A DNA stretch of 64,000 nucleotides, taken from assembly GCA_047601445.1 (NCBI GenBank), contig JASGJH010000001.1:9312001-9376000 (forward strand), written 5' to 3'. Shown here piece by piece: positions 50,542-60,267 of the stretch. The DNA is from Myxococcales bacterium. GTDB lineage: Bacteria > Myxococcota_A > Polyangia > Polyangiales > DASUME01. The first letter of the stretch is position 1, and the number at the start of each line of letters is the position of its first letter. A program made the position numbers and the translations under genes. Under the pieces are notes generated by a model, which did no database searches, was not told the DNA's origin, and worked only from the letters and a program-made list of their open reading frames with translations.

Positions 50542-52281
50542 TCAATCGTGCTTGAAGGTATCGCCCACCAAAGAGCGCAGCATGGCCTGAGCATCCCCGA
50601 CCGTGCTGGGCATGGCCCTGGCTTGCAGCCCGGGCGCGGCGAAGCGGGAGAGGGCCAGGCCCACGATGGTCTGCTCGAGGTCGTTGAGGGGGCGCCCGTC
50701 GACATCGGAGGGAGGCGGCGGGACGGGTCGAGGCGTTGGCGACGGCCAGCTCGAAGGTACGCGCACCGCATCAAGGTTGATGGCGTCCGCCAGATCGGGT
50801 GCATCGCGATCACGGTCGGTGAGGGCGGATAGCCCGAACCTCTGGCACAGAGTGCGCACCAGGGCCGCGTGGTGAAGGGGCCGGTTGATCACCGTGTTGG
50901 CCTGCGTATAGGCCGAGATGACGATGGCGGGAACGCGCAGGCCCAGGCGGTCGAACATGAAGCCGAGCTCGCCCTCGGGCTGCGGGTTCTGCGGCGTCGT
51001 GGCGGGCGGCGGGGCCACGTGATCGAAGCAGTTGCCGTGCTCGTCGAAGGTGAGCAGGAGCAGCGTGTTCAGCGCGTTGGACCCGGTCTGCGCCGCGCTG
51101 TTCTTCACGGCCGTATACACGTCGTACACGAGCTGATCGCCGGCACGCACGTCGGACCAGCCTCCGATGGGGAGGTCCGCGCTCAGGGGGGCTGGGGGGT
51201 GGTAGTCGTTGTTGTTGTAGAGCATGCGCGGTTCCACGAACGCGTAGGTCGGCAGCGTTCCGGCCTGCACGTGCTGGTAGAACTCAGTCATGGTGTAGAA
51301 GTTCGTGCGCCAGAAGGGCACCAGCATCAGCCCGTGCAGCAACGCCGTGAGCGGCACGACCTGCGATTCGTCGTAGTACACCGCCCAGCTGATGCCGGCC
51401 TCCGAGAGGCGGTTGAAGATGGTGAGCGCGTCGTTCGCGAGCCACTTCGAATAGGGCTCGTTCACCACGAAGCCCGAAGACGAAGACGCGTGGAAGAAGG
51501 AGCGGTTGGGGATGGTCTCCGTGGGGACCGCGCAGAACCAGGCGTCGTAGACAGCGAACTCCTTGGCCAACGTGTTGATCACGGGCAGCTGCTCGGGGCT
51601 GAAGCTGTCCATGATCACGCGGTACTCGTCGAAGGTCGGATTGCGCCCCTTGAGCGTGCGGAAGTTGTTGCAGTAGTCCCACACGAAGCCGTCCATGGTG
51701 GCGGGCGTTCCGGGCGGGGGGGCGTTGTACGGCGGCAGCATTTCGCTGGCGTCGCGGAAGGCGTTCTCAGGCGGGTCCACGATGCTGTAGAGCGCCGTGT
51801 TCACGTGCTGATATTCCTCGCCCGGGTCGGGGTTCGGATTCTGCATGTCGGCGTCGGTGCCCGGACTCACGCGGTTGGCCACGTACTTGTTGCCGTCGTC
51901 GATGTAGTCCGGCACGGGATTGCGGAATTCCTTGCCCGCGAGCCCGTTGAACATTTGATTGCGCGGCTCGCCAGCCGGGTAGCAGTAGCCGAGCAAACTA
52001 TCGAAGGAACGATTCTCGAACATCACCACCACGAAGTGGTCGAACTGCTTGAATGGTGTGTCCGGCCCGGGTGGGGGCGGTGTCGTCGTATCGTCGTCGT
52101 TCTTGGGAAAGATGCAGCCGCTCACGAGGGCGGCGCTGGCGGCCGCAGAGGCCTTGAAGAAATCACGTCGACCCGTCACGCCGTCGCTGCTCGATGGGTT
52201 GGTGGGCTGCGCGGCCTCGACAGCGGGGGGCTCGAGACTATCGGAGTCTTCGGGCTTACGACCGGACTCGTCGTCGCTCAT
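50542..52281 (-). CDS. Phosphoesterase / phospholipase C (PlcH/AcpA family), Tat lipoprotein
   Basis: RRDFFK..VSGC; HFVVVMFENRSFD, VPTETIPNR, DYHPP, TFDEHG..FDHV.PP, LGLRVP. Confidence 0.92.
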   Translation of the reverse strand: MSDDESGRKPEDSDSLEPPAVEAAQPTNPSSSDGVTGRRDFFKASAAASAALVSGCIFPKNDDDTTTPPPPGPDTPFKQFDHFVVVMFENRSFDSLLGYCYPAGEPRNQMFNGLAGKEFRNPVPDYIDDGNKYVANRVSPGTDADMQNPNPDPGEEYQHVNTALYSIVDPPENAFRDASEMLPPYNAPPPGTPATMDGFVWDYCNNFRTLKGRNPTFDEYRVIMDSFSPEQLPVINTLAKEFAVYDAWFCAVPTETIPNRSFFHASSSSGFVVNEPYSKWLANDALTIFNRLSEAGISWAVYYDESQVVPLTALLHGLMLVPFWRTNFYTMTEFYQHVQAGTLPTYAFVEPRMLYNNNDYHPPAPLSADLPIGGWSDVRAGDQLVYDVYTAVKNSAAQTGSNALNTLLLLTFDEHGNCFDHVAPPPATTPQNPQPEGELGFMFDRLGLRVPAIVISAYTQANTVINRPLHHAALVRTLCQRFGLSALTDRDRDAPDLADAINLDAVRVPSSWPSPTPRPVPPPPSDVDGRPLNDLEQTIVGLALSRFAAPGLQARAMPSTVGDAQAMLRSLVGDTFKHD

Positions 52282-52618
52282 GGTTCGTTCGCTCCTGGAC
52301 GCTAGAGCGAACCACGGTGCCACGGCGTGCGCGTTCCTCAAAGCAAGTTTTTATCGAGTCTCTTGCGTGTCTTGACGCGTGGAATCCCCATTTTTGAGCG
52401 GACACGTTCCCAGGGAGCGAGGGGCGCGAACTCGCCACCCGATGCGCTCGGAGCGCTCCAGGATGGGGGCGGGCGTCCACTACGGCCTGGCTGACTTGCA
52501 CGTTCGGTTGTGTCTTGTATAGAGGACGCTGCTCCGTTCGGCGCGACTGGCGACTCTCGGTGGCAGGCGATCTGCAGTCGATTGCCGAGCTGGGCGTTCG
52601 CGAAGCCGGCTAGCTGTC

Positions 52619-53836
52619 ATGACGCAAAACAACGAGGGCTCGCATCCGGGGGTAGGGCTAGCGGCCTTGGTTCGCCTCGTTTGTGGACAAGTGTTTCTGC
52701 ATGCGAGCATGGCGGGCCTGCGCATGGCGGTTCCGCTGCAAACGCTGCGCGCTGACGGCCGCGAACTCGCGCTCGGCCCCTTACTCGCAGCCTTCGCTGC
52801 GGCTGGCCTGCTGGTGTCCATCCCGGGCGGGCGACTCGTCGATCGTCGCGGCTATCACCTGCCTCTGTACTTGGCGGTCGCATCGACCTCGCTCGGTGCG
52901 AGCGTGGTGTTGCTATCGACCTACGCGGTGACCCAACGCTTGGCCCTGCTATTGGTCGGTGCGCTGCTCTCGGGAGGAGGCAGCAGCCTGGGCCTCATCG
53001 CCATCCAACGACATGCCGGGCGGGATGCCCGCAACGGCACCGAGCTCAAGCGTGTGTTCAGCTGGCTGGGGGTGGCGCCTCCGTTGAGCAATTTCGTGGG
53101 CGCCACCCTGACCGGTATCCTGATCGATTATGCGGGCTTTCGGGCCGCCTTCGTGGTCCTCGCGCTGTTCCCGCTCGGGAGCCTGCTCAGCTCCCGCTTC
53201 GTCCCACGCGAGATCCCACGGGCAAGCCCGGCGACCAAGCCGAAGCCCGCCTGGGATCTACTCGAAGGAGCTCCGATGCGGCGTCTGTTGCTCGTGAGCT
53301 GGTTCATGTCGGCAAGCTGGGACCTCCATACCTTCATGGTGCCAGTGCTCGGCAATGAACGTGGGCTGAGCGCATCCGCCATCGGCGCCATCCTCGGCAC
53401 GTTCGCGTGTGCGGTGACCATGACGAGATTCGTGCTCCCGTTCTTCGCGCATCGTCTCACCGAGGTCGCCATGCTGAGGGTTGCCTTGACGGTGGTCGCG
53501 TGCACGTTCGCAATTTATCCGCTCGCTGGGACCTCCTGGGGGATGGTCGGCTGCGCGGTCTGCCTGGCTTTCGCGCTCGGCACTTCGCAGCCGATGGTGT
53601 TGAGCTCTCTCCACCACATCACGCCCCGCGAGCGCCAGGGTGAGGCGCTCGGGCTGCGCGCCATGACGAGCAACACGTCGAGCACACTCTTGCCGCTGGT
53701 CTTCGGGGCTGCAGGTACCGTACTGGGGGCCACGCTGCTCTTCTGGTCCATGAGCGCCTTGGCTTGTGTCGTCAGCGTGATCGCTCGCTCGCTGCGCGAG
53801 ACCCCGGCCGGATCGTTCGCTGAGCCGCCCGGCTGA
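52619..53836 (+). CDS. MFS transporter
   Basis: GRLVDRRG motif A, about 12 TM, SASWDLHTF, RQGEALGLR. Confidence 0.9.
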   Translation: MTQNNEGSHPGVGLAALVRLVCGQVFLHASMAGLRMAVPLQTLRADGRELALGPLLAAFAAAGLLVSIPGGRLVDRRGYHLPLYLAVASTSLGASVVLLSTYAVTQRLALLLVGALLSGGGSSLGLIAIQRHAGRDARNGTELKRVFSWLGVAPPLSNFVGATLTGILIDYAGFRAAFVVLALFPLGSLLSSRFVPREIPRASPATKPKPAWDLLEGAPMRRLLLVSWFMSASWDLHTFMVPVLGNERGLSASAIGAILGTFACAVTMTRFVLPFFAHRLTEVAMLRVALTVVACTFAIYPLAGTSWGMVGCAVCLAFALGTSQPMVLSSLHHITPRERQGEALGLRAMTSNTSSTLLPLVFGAAGTVLGATLLFWSMSALACVVSVIARSLRETPAGSFAEPPG

Positions 53837-53871
53837 GGGCGTCTCGTCGACCTCCTCAAAACGCGCTTCTG

Positions 53872-54543
53872 CTACTGGAGTCTGTGCGTCGATCCGACGT
53901 AGCTCCGATAGCGCTCGATGTAGAAGGTGACCGGGTTCTCGTGGGTCTTCACCGCAGGCAGAATGGCCGCGGCCTCCCTCCAGCGTGAAAGCAGCCCGAG
54001 CTCGGACGGGATGCTCGCGCCACGATGGTACTCGAGGGCAGGCCAGCGCTCGAACCAGGGGTAGAGGGTGAAGTCCACAAGACTCGGCGTCGCCCCCAGG
54101 AAGAAGGGGCCGGGCGTGGCATGCCGAGCGAGTTGCTCCTCCAAAAACACCAGCGCCTCGCGCAGCTCGCGTGAAGCGCGCGCAAGCTCGGAGTCGTCCT
54201 GAGCGCGCAGTACGGCGCCGAAAGCGGGGGTAAAGCGCGTGTTGGCGTAGTCGATCAAGATGCGGGCCCGCGCGCGCTCGCCGGGTTCACGGGGCAGCAG
54301 GGCCGTTTCGGGGAAGACCTCGTCCAGGTACTCGTTGATGATCGCCGACTCCCAGATGCGGCGGCCGCCGTGCTCGATGGCGGGCACTTTGCCGTAGCCA
54401 GAAACCGCGCGGTCGAACCAGGCAGGCTTGTTTCGCAGGTCGATCTCCTTGAGCTCGAATTCCACCTGCTTGGCGCTCAAGACCAACCGTGTGCGATGAG
54501 CATAGGGGCATGCGCGCGCACTGAATAGCGTCACCTGGGCCAT
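53872..54543 (-). CDS. Glutathione S-transferase (omega/tau-like)
   Basis: CPYAHR, GKVPAI, ESAIINEYLDE, SLVDF..YPWFER. Confidence 0.93.
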   Translation of the reverse strand: MAQVTLFSARACPYAHRTRLVLSAKQVEFELKEIDLRNKPAWFDRAVSGYGKVPAIEHGGRRIWESAIINEYLDEVFPETALLPREPGERARARILIDYANTRFTPAFGAVLRAQDDSELARASRELREALVFLEEQLARHATPGPFFLGATPSLVDFTLYPWFERWPALEYHRGASIPSELGLLSRWREAAAILPAVKTHENPVTFYIERYRSYVGSTHRLQ

Positions 54544-54584
54544 GAACACTCCTCTCGCCTCAAACCCTTTGCGAGCTCCGATGC

Positions 54585-55055
54585 CTACACCACGCTTTGG
54601 CTCGCGACTTCGCGAGTCGCAGATTCCGGACGTTCCTTGAGGCGGTCCCTCCGGCGCTTGAGCCAGGCATCCACGGAGAGCGCGCCCGGGCCAGTCGTCA
54701 GCAATGTGCCGAACACGAGGGCGAACAGCAGCGCCAGCTCCTTCTTGTTCCAGGGATCACCAGCATGCTGCACGAGTCCGGCCACTAGCATGGTGAACAA
54801 GACCGCGGCTGCAGCGGGCCGCGTGAAGAAGCCCACCAGCACCAGCAGGGCGCCCACGAACTCAGCACCCGTCGCCAGGCCAAAGCTCGCCACCGGGCCG
54901 ATGTGTAGGGGATCGGCGAAGTGCGCGGCTTTTTCCGAGAACGCCAGCAGCTTGGGTAGCCCGTGGGAGAAGGCCATGAAGGCGCCGCCCCCGAGCCGCA
55001 GCAGCAGCAAGCCCTGGTCGACACGCGTCTGGGTTGAGTTCTGCTCGGACATCAT
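54585..55055 (-). CDS. DoxX family membrane protein
   Basis: GLLLLR..G..M..HG.PK, FADP, AEF.G..LV.VG.FTR, GPG.LSVD. Confidence 0.9.
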   Translation of the reverse strand: MMSEQNSTQTRVDQGLLLLRLGGGAFMAFSHGLPKLLAFSEKAAHFADPLHIGPVASFGLATGAEFVGALLVLVGFFTRPAAAAVLFTMLVAGLVQHAGDPWNKKELALLFALVFGTLLTTGPGALSVDAWLKRRRDRLKERPESATREVASQSVV

Positions 55056-55115
55056 GACCTCCGTCGTGTCCTGTATAATAGACACGAGCCGGGAAGTCGA
55101 GCCTGCTGCTGCCCT

Positions 55116-55757
55116 CTAGCGTCGCCGCGCGCGGATGCTGGTGGGCTCGTCGGCTTCGTTGGCTTGGCTCGCCTGACTTGCAAACGTGACCAGCAGCGCC
55201 GTCACGACGTGGGTCGCGGTCGAGACGGCGTCCGCGCGATCGACCGTGCCCTCGATCCAGCCCGCCAGCGTGGCGCGGCCGGCCGCCACGATGATCCACA
55301 GCACGTACGAAGCTCGGCTGGCCGGGACGCCCAGGAAGACACCGAGCTGCTCCTGCCACGGACCGAGCAAGCCCATGAAGATGGTGCGGCCCAGCTCGCA
55401 CAGCTCGGGCTCCACGCCACGCGCGTCGAGCAAGAGCCAGGGACCTGCTCCCTTCTGCTCGATGGCATCGCAGCAAGCCTCCACGAAAGCCGTGGCGATC
55501 GTCTGCACGCTGGCGGTCGGCTGGCGCTGCAACACTTCGTGAAAGCGCGCTCCCAGGAATTCGGCGAAGTCTTCGAGGACCGCCTGCAGCAGCGCCTGGC
55601 GCGTGGGGAACAGGCGGTAAACCAGCGGCCTCGAAACGTTGGTGCGTGAAGCCAATTCGGTGATCTGCACCTGCTCGAGGCCATGCTCGGTGAGGAGGCG
55701 AGCTGCTTCGGCGAGGAGCTGGCGTCGTCGAACGTCTGGCGGCACCCGGGAGCCCAT
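55116..55757 (-). CDS. TetR/AcrR family transcriptional regulator
   Basis: RRRQLLAEA..L..EHG....ITELA....VSRPLVYRLFPTRQAL. Confidence 0.92.
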   Translation of the reverse strand: MGSRVPPDVRRRQLLAEAARLLTEHGLEQVQITELASRTNVSRPLVYRLFPTRQALLQAVLEDFAEFLGARFHEVLQRQPTASVQTIATAFVEACCDAIEQKGAGPWLLLDARGVEPELCELGRTIFMGLLGPWQEQLGVFLGVPASRASYVLWIIVAAGRATLAGWIEGTVDRADAVSTATHVVTALLVTFASQASQANEADEPTSIRARRR

Positions 55758-55833
55758 CGGCAGGAACTTATAGGAGGGGACCCGAGGCGTCGAGCGATTG
55801 GGATTGACTGCTTGCCATGCCTCTCTTGCGAGT

Positions 55834-55848
55834 GTTACACGGTGTAAC
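55834..55848. promoter_or_regulatory. Candidate TetR operator (perfect palindrome GTTACAC-G-GTGTAAC)
   Basis: 7-bp arms with 1-bp spacer, AT-rich, between the divergent tetR and desaturase genes. Confidence 0.7.
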
Positions 55849-55897
55849 GAAACGCTCGGGTTGCACACGCCCGGCTTGCGGTCCCACGGAGCGCCTT

Positions 55898-56788
55898 ATG
55901 TCCACGAACGACTCTCCTTCCTTGCTCGGGCGCGTCAGCGACGCGCAGGCCGTGCGGGCCATTACCGAAGCGACCCACCGTACCCGCGAAACGCGCCGAC
56001 GCGTGGATTGGGCGAGCCTGGTCGACCGCGCGGTGCTGGTCGGGATGGCGGCGCTCGGCCTGGCCTGCCCGCAGGGGGCGGGGCTCTGGTATCGGGCGTT
56101 TGCGGTCGCATTGCTCGGGCTCTGGGCCACGGTGCTGGGCGCGGCGGCCCTGGTCACCCTCATCTCGGAACGCCAAGGCGAGCGTCTTCAGGGACCGCGG
56201 CGCAAGCCCGCGCTGATCGCCCGCGAAGTGCGCACCACCATGCTGTCCGCGTGGATCGCCGCCAGCCTCCTGGCCTGGCCGCTGGCGCGCCTGTGGTCCG
56301 GCAAGCCCACCGGTCTGGTGTGGGATCTGGAGCAAGCGGGCGGGGGAGTTCTCATCTTCTCGCAGACCTTTGCGGCCCTGTTCGTGCTCGATGCCTGGCT
56401 GTACTGGAAGCATCGGCTGCTCCACACGCGCGCGCTCTTCGGGTTTCATCGCGATCATCACGCTTTCCGCGACCCCACTGCGTTCGCCGGCTTCGCGGTG
56501 GGGCCCGTGGAAGCGCTTCTCACGTTCTGGCCCATCGTGTTCTTGGCTCTCCCCGAGGCCATTCACTACGGCCCGCTCTATCTGTCGCTGGTGATCGGCT
56601 TCGTGGTGCTCAACCTCTACCTGCACTGCGGCGTCTCCGTGCGTTTTATCGAGGCGAGCCTGCCGCGCCTCTTCCTCAACACCTCCGTCTTCCACAATCG
56701 CCATCACGCCAACGCCGAGGTGAACTTCGGGGAGGCCTTCACGATCTGGGATCATCTCTGTCGCACGCGTGAGCAGGACCAGGGGTAG
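55898..56788 (+). CDS. Sterol desaturase / fatty acid hydroxylase family
   Basis: His boxes YWKHRLLH, FHRDHH, HCG, FHNRHH; NFG..FTIWDHLC.T. Confidence 0.92.
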   Translation: MSTNDSPSLLGRVSDAQAVRAITEATHRTRETRRRVDWASLVDRAVLVGMAALGLACPQGAGLWYRAFAVALLGLWATVLGAAALVTLISERQGERLQGPRRKPALIAREVRTTMLSAWIAASLLAWPLARLWSGKPTGLVWDLEQAGGGVLIFSQTFAALFVLDAWLYWKHRLLHTRALFGFHRDHHAFRDPTAFAGFAVGPVEALLTFWPIVFLALPEAIHYGPLYLSLVIGFVVLNLYLHCGVSVRFIEASLPRLFLNTSVFHNRHHANAEVNFGEAFTIWDHLCRTREQDQG

Positions 56789-56860
56789 GGGCCGAACTCC
56801 AAACGCGCCAGCGCCTCGGGACTTGCGCCGCGTCCCGCACGGAGCGAGGCTCGGAGGGCG

Positions 56861-58828
56861 ATGGCCGAGTTCACGCCCCAGACGTCAACGCCGCAAACGT
56901 CCAGCTTGGCGGAGTGGGGGATCTATCCGCGCCCACAGCGCGTGCACGGGCGTTCCGGCGGCCTGCAGCTCCCGGCGCGGCTCTCGCTGGTGGGCGTTTC
57001 TAGCGAACACGGGCCGGCGGTCCGTGAGCTCGAGCGGGCACTGAGCCTGCGCGGACATCGACTCGAAGCAGCCGACTCGGCTAGCTCGTTTCCGGCGTCG
57101 TCCATCCAGGTGATGGCGAGCGATCCGGGGAGCCTGCCTCGGGAGTCGGGGCCCTGCGCGCGTCAGGGGTACGTGTTGGCGCTCGACGAGCGCGCAGGCA
57201 TCACCATCCGACCAGGAGGCGAAGCGGGTCTCCACTACGCTCTCATCACGCTGACGCAGTTGATCCGAAACGCCCTGGGTGCGCATGGACAGCTCGAGCT
57301 CCCCTGCTGCGTGCTCGAGGACTGGCCCGACTTTCCCCAGCGCGGGCTGCTGCTGGACGTGAGTCGCGACAAGGTCCCCACGCTCGCCACCTTGAAGGCG
57401 CTGGTCGATCGCATCGCGAACCTCAAGCTCAACCAGCTCCAGCTCTACATGGAGCACACCTTTGCGTATCCGGGACACGAGCAGGTCTGGCGTGACGCAA
57501 GTCCCCTCACGCCCGAAGACATCCGTGAGCTCGACGAGCACTGCGCTGCCCGTCACGTGGAGCTCGTCCCCAACCAAAACAGCTTCGGACACATGCAGCG
57601 CTGGCTCGCGCACGCTCCCTATCGCGCGCTCGCCGAGTGCCCGGAGGGCTTCGAGCACCCCTGGAACTGGAGCGGCGAGCCCTACGGGTTGTGCGCCACC
57701 GACCCCGCCAGCCTGCGCTTCCTCGAAGGCCTCTACGACGCGCTGCTGCCCAACTTCCGTAGCGGGCAGTTCAACGTGGGACTCGATGAGACCCTGGACC
57801 TCGGCGCCGGCCGCTCGCACGAGGCCTGCGAAGCGCGCGGCACCGAGCGGGTGTACCTGGAGTTTCTGCGACAGGTGCATGCGCGCGTGCAGGCCCGCGG
57901 CAAGTCCATGCAGTTTTGGGGCGATATCATCATCAAGCGGCCGGACCTGCTGGCCGAGCTGCCCAGGGACGCCGTCGCGCTCGAATGGGGCTACGAGGCC
58001 GACCATCCCTTTGCGGAGCACCTCGCGCTGTTTCGAGCGGCGCAGCTGCCGTTCTACGTGTGCCCCGGCACCAGTAGCTGGAACTCCATCGCGGGACGTA
58101 GCGAGAACGCGCTTCTCAACCTGGCCAAAGCCGCGCGAGAGGGAAAGCATGCGGGCGCGGGCGGGTACTTGATCACCGACTGGGGCGACCATGGACACCT
58201 GCAACCGCTGTCGGTTAGCTATCTGGGCATCCTGGCTGGTGCAGGCTTCAGTTGGAGCGTACGTGAGGCGCAGGATCCGTTCGCGCACGCTTGGCCCGAG
58301 CTGCTCGATCGCTTCGCCTTCTGCGAGGTGGGAGCAGGCCTGGGGCGGCTGGCCTACGAGCTCGGGAATACGTACCTCCAAGCGGGCAGCCTGCGGCCCA
58401 ACGCCTCGGTGCTGTTTTGGATCCTGATCAAGCCGGAGCGCACTTTCAGTCCGCCCGGGGTCAGCGAAGAAACGCTGGCGCGCACGCTCGAGCACCTCGA
58501 GCGCCTTGGCACTAGGCCCGTTGGCGCTGTCCCCTCGGCAACGCCCAGCGCAGCGGAGGAGCAGGCCGAGCAGGCGCTCGCACGCGAGGAGCTCGAGTGG
58601 GCAGGCGACCTGCTGCGCTTTGCCTGTCACCTCGGGCGTGCGCGCTACGCGCTCTCCAATCGCGAACACATCGCGCTCGCCCCCGCGCATGTGCGGGCTG
58701 CCTTGGCGCAGGAGCTACGGCCGCTCCTGGAGCGTCACCGGCGCCTCTGGCTGGCCCGCAATCGGCCCGGCGGACTGGTCGACTCGGCGCGCCGGCTCGA
58801 GCGCGTCCTGGACGAGCTGAGTAGTTGA
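56861..58828 (+). CDS. GH20 family glycoside hydrolase (beta-N-acetylhexosaminidase-like), no signal peptide
   Basis: DWPDFPQRGLLLDVSR, LQLYMEH, NQNSFGH, NVGLDE (catalytic DE), FWGD, TDWGD.GH. Confidence 0.88.
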   Translation: MAEFTPQTSTPQTSSLAEWGIYPRPQRVHGRSGGLQLPARLSLVGVSSEHGPAVRELERALSLRGHRLEAADSASSFPASSIQVMASDPGSLPRESGPCARQGYVLALDERAGITIRPGGEAGLHYALITLTQLIRNALGAHGQLELPCCVLEDWPDFPQRGLLLDVSRDKVPTLATLKALVDRIANLKLNQLQLYMEHTFAYPGHEQVWRDASPLTPEDIRELDEHCAARHVELVPNQNSFGHMQRWLAHAPYRALAECPEGFEHPWNWSGEPYGLCATDPASLRFLEGLYDALLPNFRSGQFNVGLDETLDLGAGRSHEACEARGTERVYLEFLRQVHARVQARGKSMQFWGDIIIKRPDLLAELPRDAVALEWGYEADHPFAEHLALFRAAQLPFYVCPGTSSWNSIAGRSENALLNLAKAAREGKHAGAGGYLITDWGDHGHLQPLSVSYLGILAGAGFSWSVREAQDPFAHAWPELLDRFAFCEVGAGLGRLAYELGNTYLQAGSLRPNASVLFWILIKPERTFSPPGVSEETLARTLEHLERLGTRPVGAVPSATPSAAEEQAEQALAREELEWAGDLLRFACHLGRARYALSNREHIALAPAHVRAALAQELRPLLERHRRLWLARNRPGGLVDSARRLERVLDELSS

Positions 58829-60102
58829 CCCGTGCGGTCCTCGGCCCGTATGTCCAGCCAGTGACAGCCCGCCCAGGACGTTCGCGTTGGTCTTTGCTGC
58901 GTGCGCCCGGCCTGCCTGCGCCCGGCCTGCTCGTCACCACCTTCGTACTCGGGCTCACGGGCGCCTTCATGGTGCCGTTCGGGGCGCTCTGGGCCACCGA
59001 AGAGATCGGCATGAGCACCGAGCAGCTGGGCACGTTCACCACCCTCAACGCCGCCAGCGCCATCGTGGTGAGCACCTGGTTCGGCCGTTGGTCCGACACG
59101 CACCTGAGCCGTCGCAGGCTGTTGCTCGTGGGCTCCTGCGCAGGCGCTCTCGGGGCGCTCGGCTATGCGCTGGTGCACGAGCTCGTGCCATTGCTCTTGA
59201 TCGGGTCCTCGGCTTTTGCCCTGGCTTCCATGAACTTTGCGCAGCTTTTTGCCCACGTGCGTGAGGAGCTCGATCGCGCGGGTTCATCCGAGGCGGCTCG
59301 TCGTGCGCCCGGCGTTACGCGCACGACGGCGATTCCGCTCGCGCTCGGCGTGCTGCGCGCCTGCTACGCCCTGGCGTGGACGGTGGGGCCCAACCTCGGT
59401 GCCGTGATCAAGCGGCACTTCGGCTATCGAGGCTTGTTTCTCAGCACCTCGAGCTTCTTCGTGGTCCTGTTCGTGTGCAGTGCGTGCTTCGTGGCCCAGC
59501 GCCCGCGCGAGGCTGCAGCCGCCAGTGCCGCGCCCCGCCCGCGCACGGCACTGGCGCAGCCGCGCATCCTGGTGCATTGCCTGGCGTTCGCCCTGATGTT
59601 CGCCGCGAGCGCGCTGAACTCGCTCAATTTGCCTCTGCACATCACGCGTCAGCTGGGTGGTACGGAGGACAACGTGGGCCTTACCTTCGCCATCTCCCCG
59701 CTGTTCGAGATGGTGTTCATGGTGGCCTTCGGGCACTTCGCGGCAAAAGGGCACCAGCGCGCCATCATGTTGCTCGGCACGGGGGCGGCCGTGGGCTACT
59801 TCGTGCTGCTGCGCTTCGCCACGCTGCCCTGGCAGGTCTACCCCTTGCAGGTCCTGTTGGCGGCGGGGGTCGCCGTGACGGCCAGCGTCGCGATCCCGTT
59901 CTTCCAGGACCTCTTGCCCCAGCAGCCTGGCCTCATCACGAGCCTCTATTCGAACGCGCTCAAGGTCGGCAGCCTGATCGGGTTCTCGAGCTTCGCGATG
60001 CTCGCAGCTCGCGTCGGAAGCGACGGGCTGTTCCTGGTGTGCGCTGGGCTCGGGGCGGTCAGCCTGACCCTGCTGGCGGTCTTCTCACCTCGGCGGGTCT
60101 GA
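58825..60102 (+). CDS. MFS sugar efflux transporter (SET-like)
   Basis: FGRWSD..LSRR, QLFAHVRE, ALAWTVGP, FFQDLLP..PG..TSLYSN; TTGA overlap. Confidence 0.85.
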   Translation: MTRAVLGPYVQPVTARPGRSRWSLLRAPGLPAPGLLVTTFVLGLTGAFMVPFGALWATEEIGMSTEQLGTFTTLNAASAIVVSTWFGRWSDTHLSRRRLLLVGSCAGALGALGYALVHELVPLLLIGSSAFALASMNFAQLFAHVREELDRAGSSEAARRAPGVTRTTAIPLALGVLRACYALAWTVGPNLGAVIKRHFGYRGLFLSTSSFFVVLFVCSACFVAQRPREAAAASAAPRPRTALAQPRILVHCLAFALMFAASALNSLNLPLHITRQLGGTEDNVGLTFAISPLFEMVFMVAFGHFAAKGHQRAIMLLGTGAAVGYFVLLRFATLPWQVYPLQVLLAAGVAVTASVAIPFFQDLLPQQPGLITSLYSNALKVGSLIGFSSFAMLAARVGSDGLFLVCAGLGAVSLTLLAVFSPRRV

Positions 60103-60267
60103 GCCTTTGGCCGAGGAATTTGGTCCTCGTCGTTCGTGCTCGTCGTCGTAGCCGTGCGCGTGCGCGTCCTGGTGGGCGACTGCCGGCAGGCATTCCTAGC
60201 CGGACCCGCGAGCTGTCTGTGGGGATTCTTGGCCTGCGCCGCCCGGCTTGCCCTAAGCTCGAAGTCC

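Noticed and set aside
52301..52325. TGGCACCGTGGTTCGCT upstream of the phospholipase as a sigma54 promoter
   Set aside because: GG-GC spacing is 11, not the required 10.
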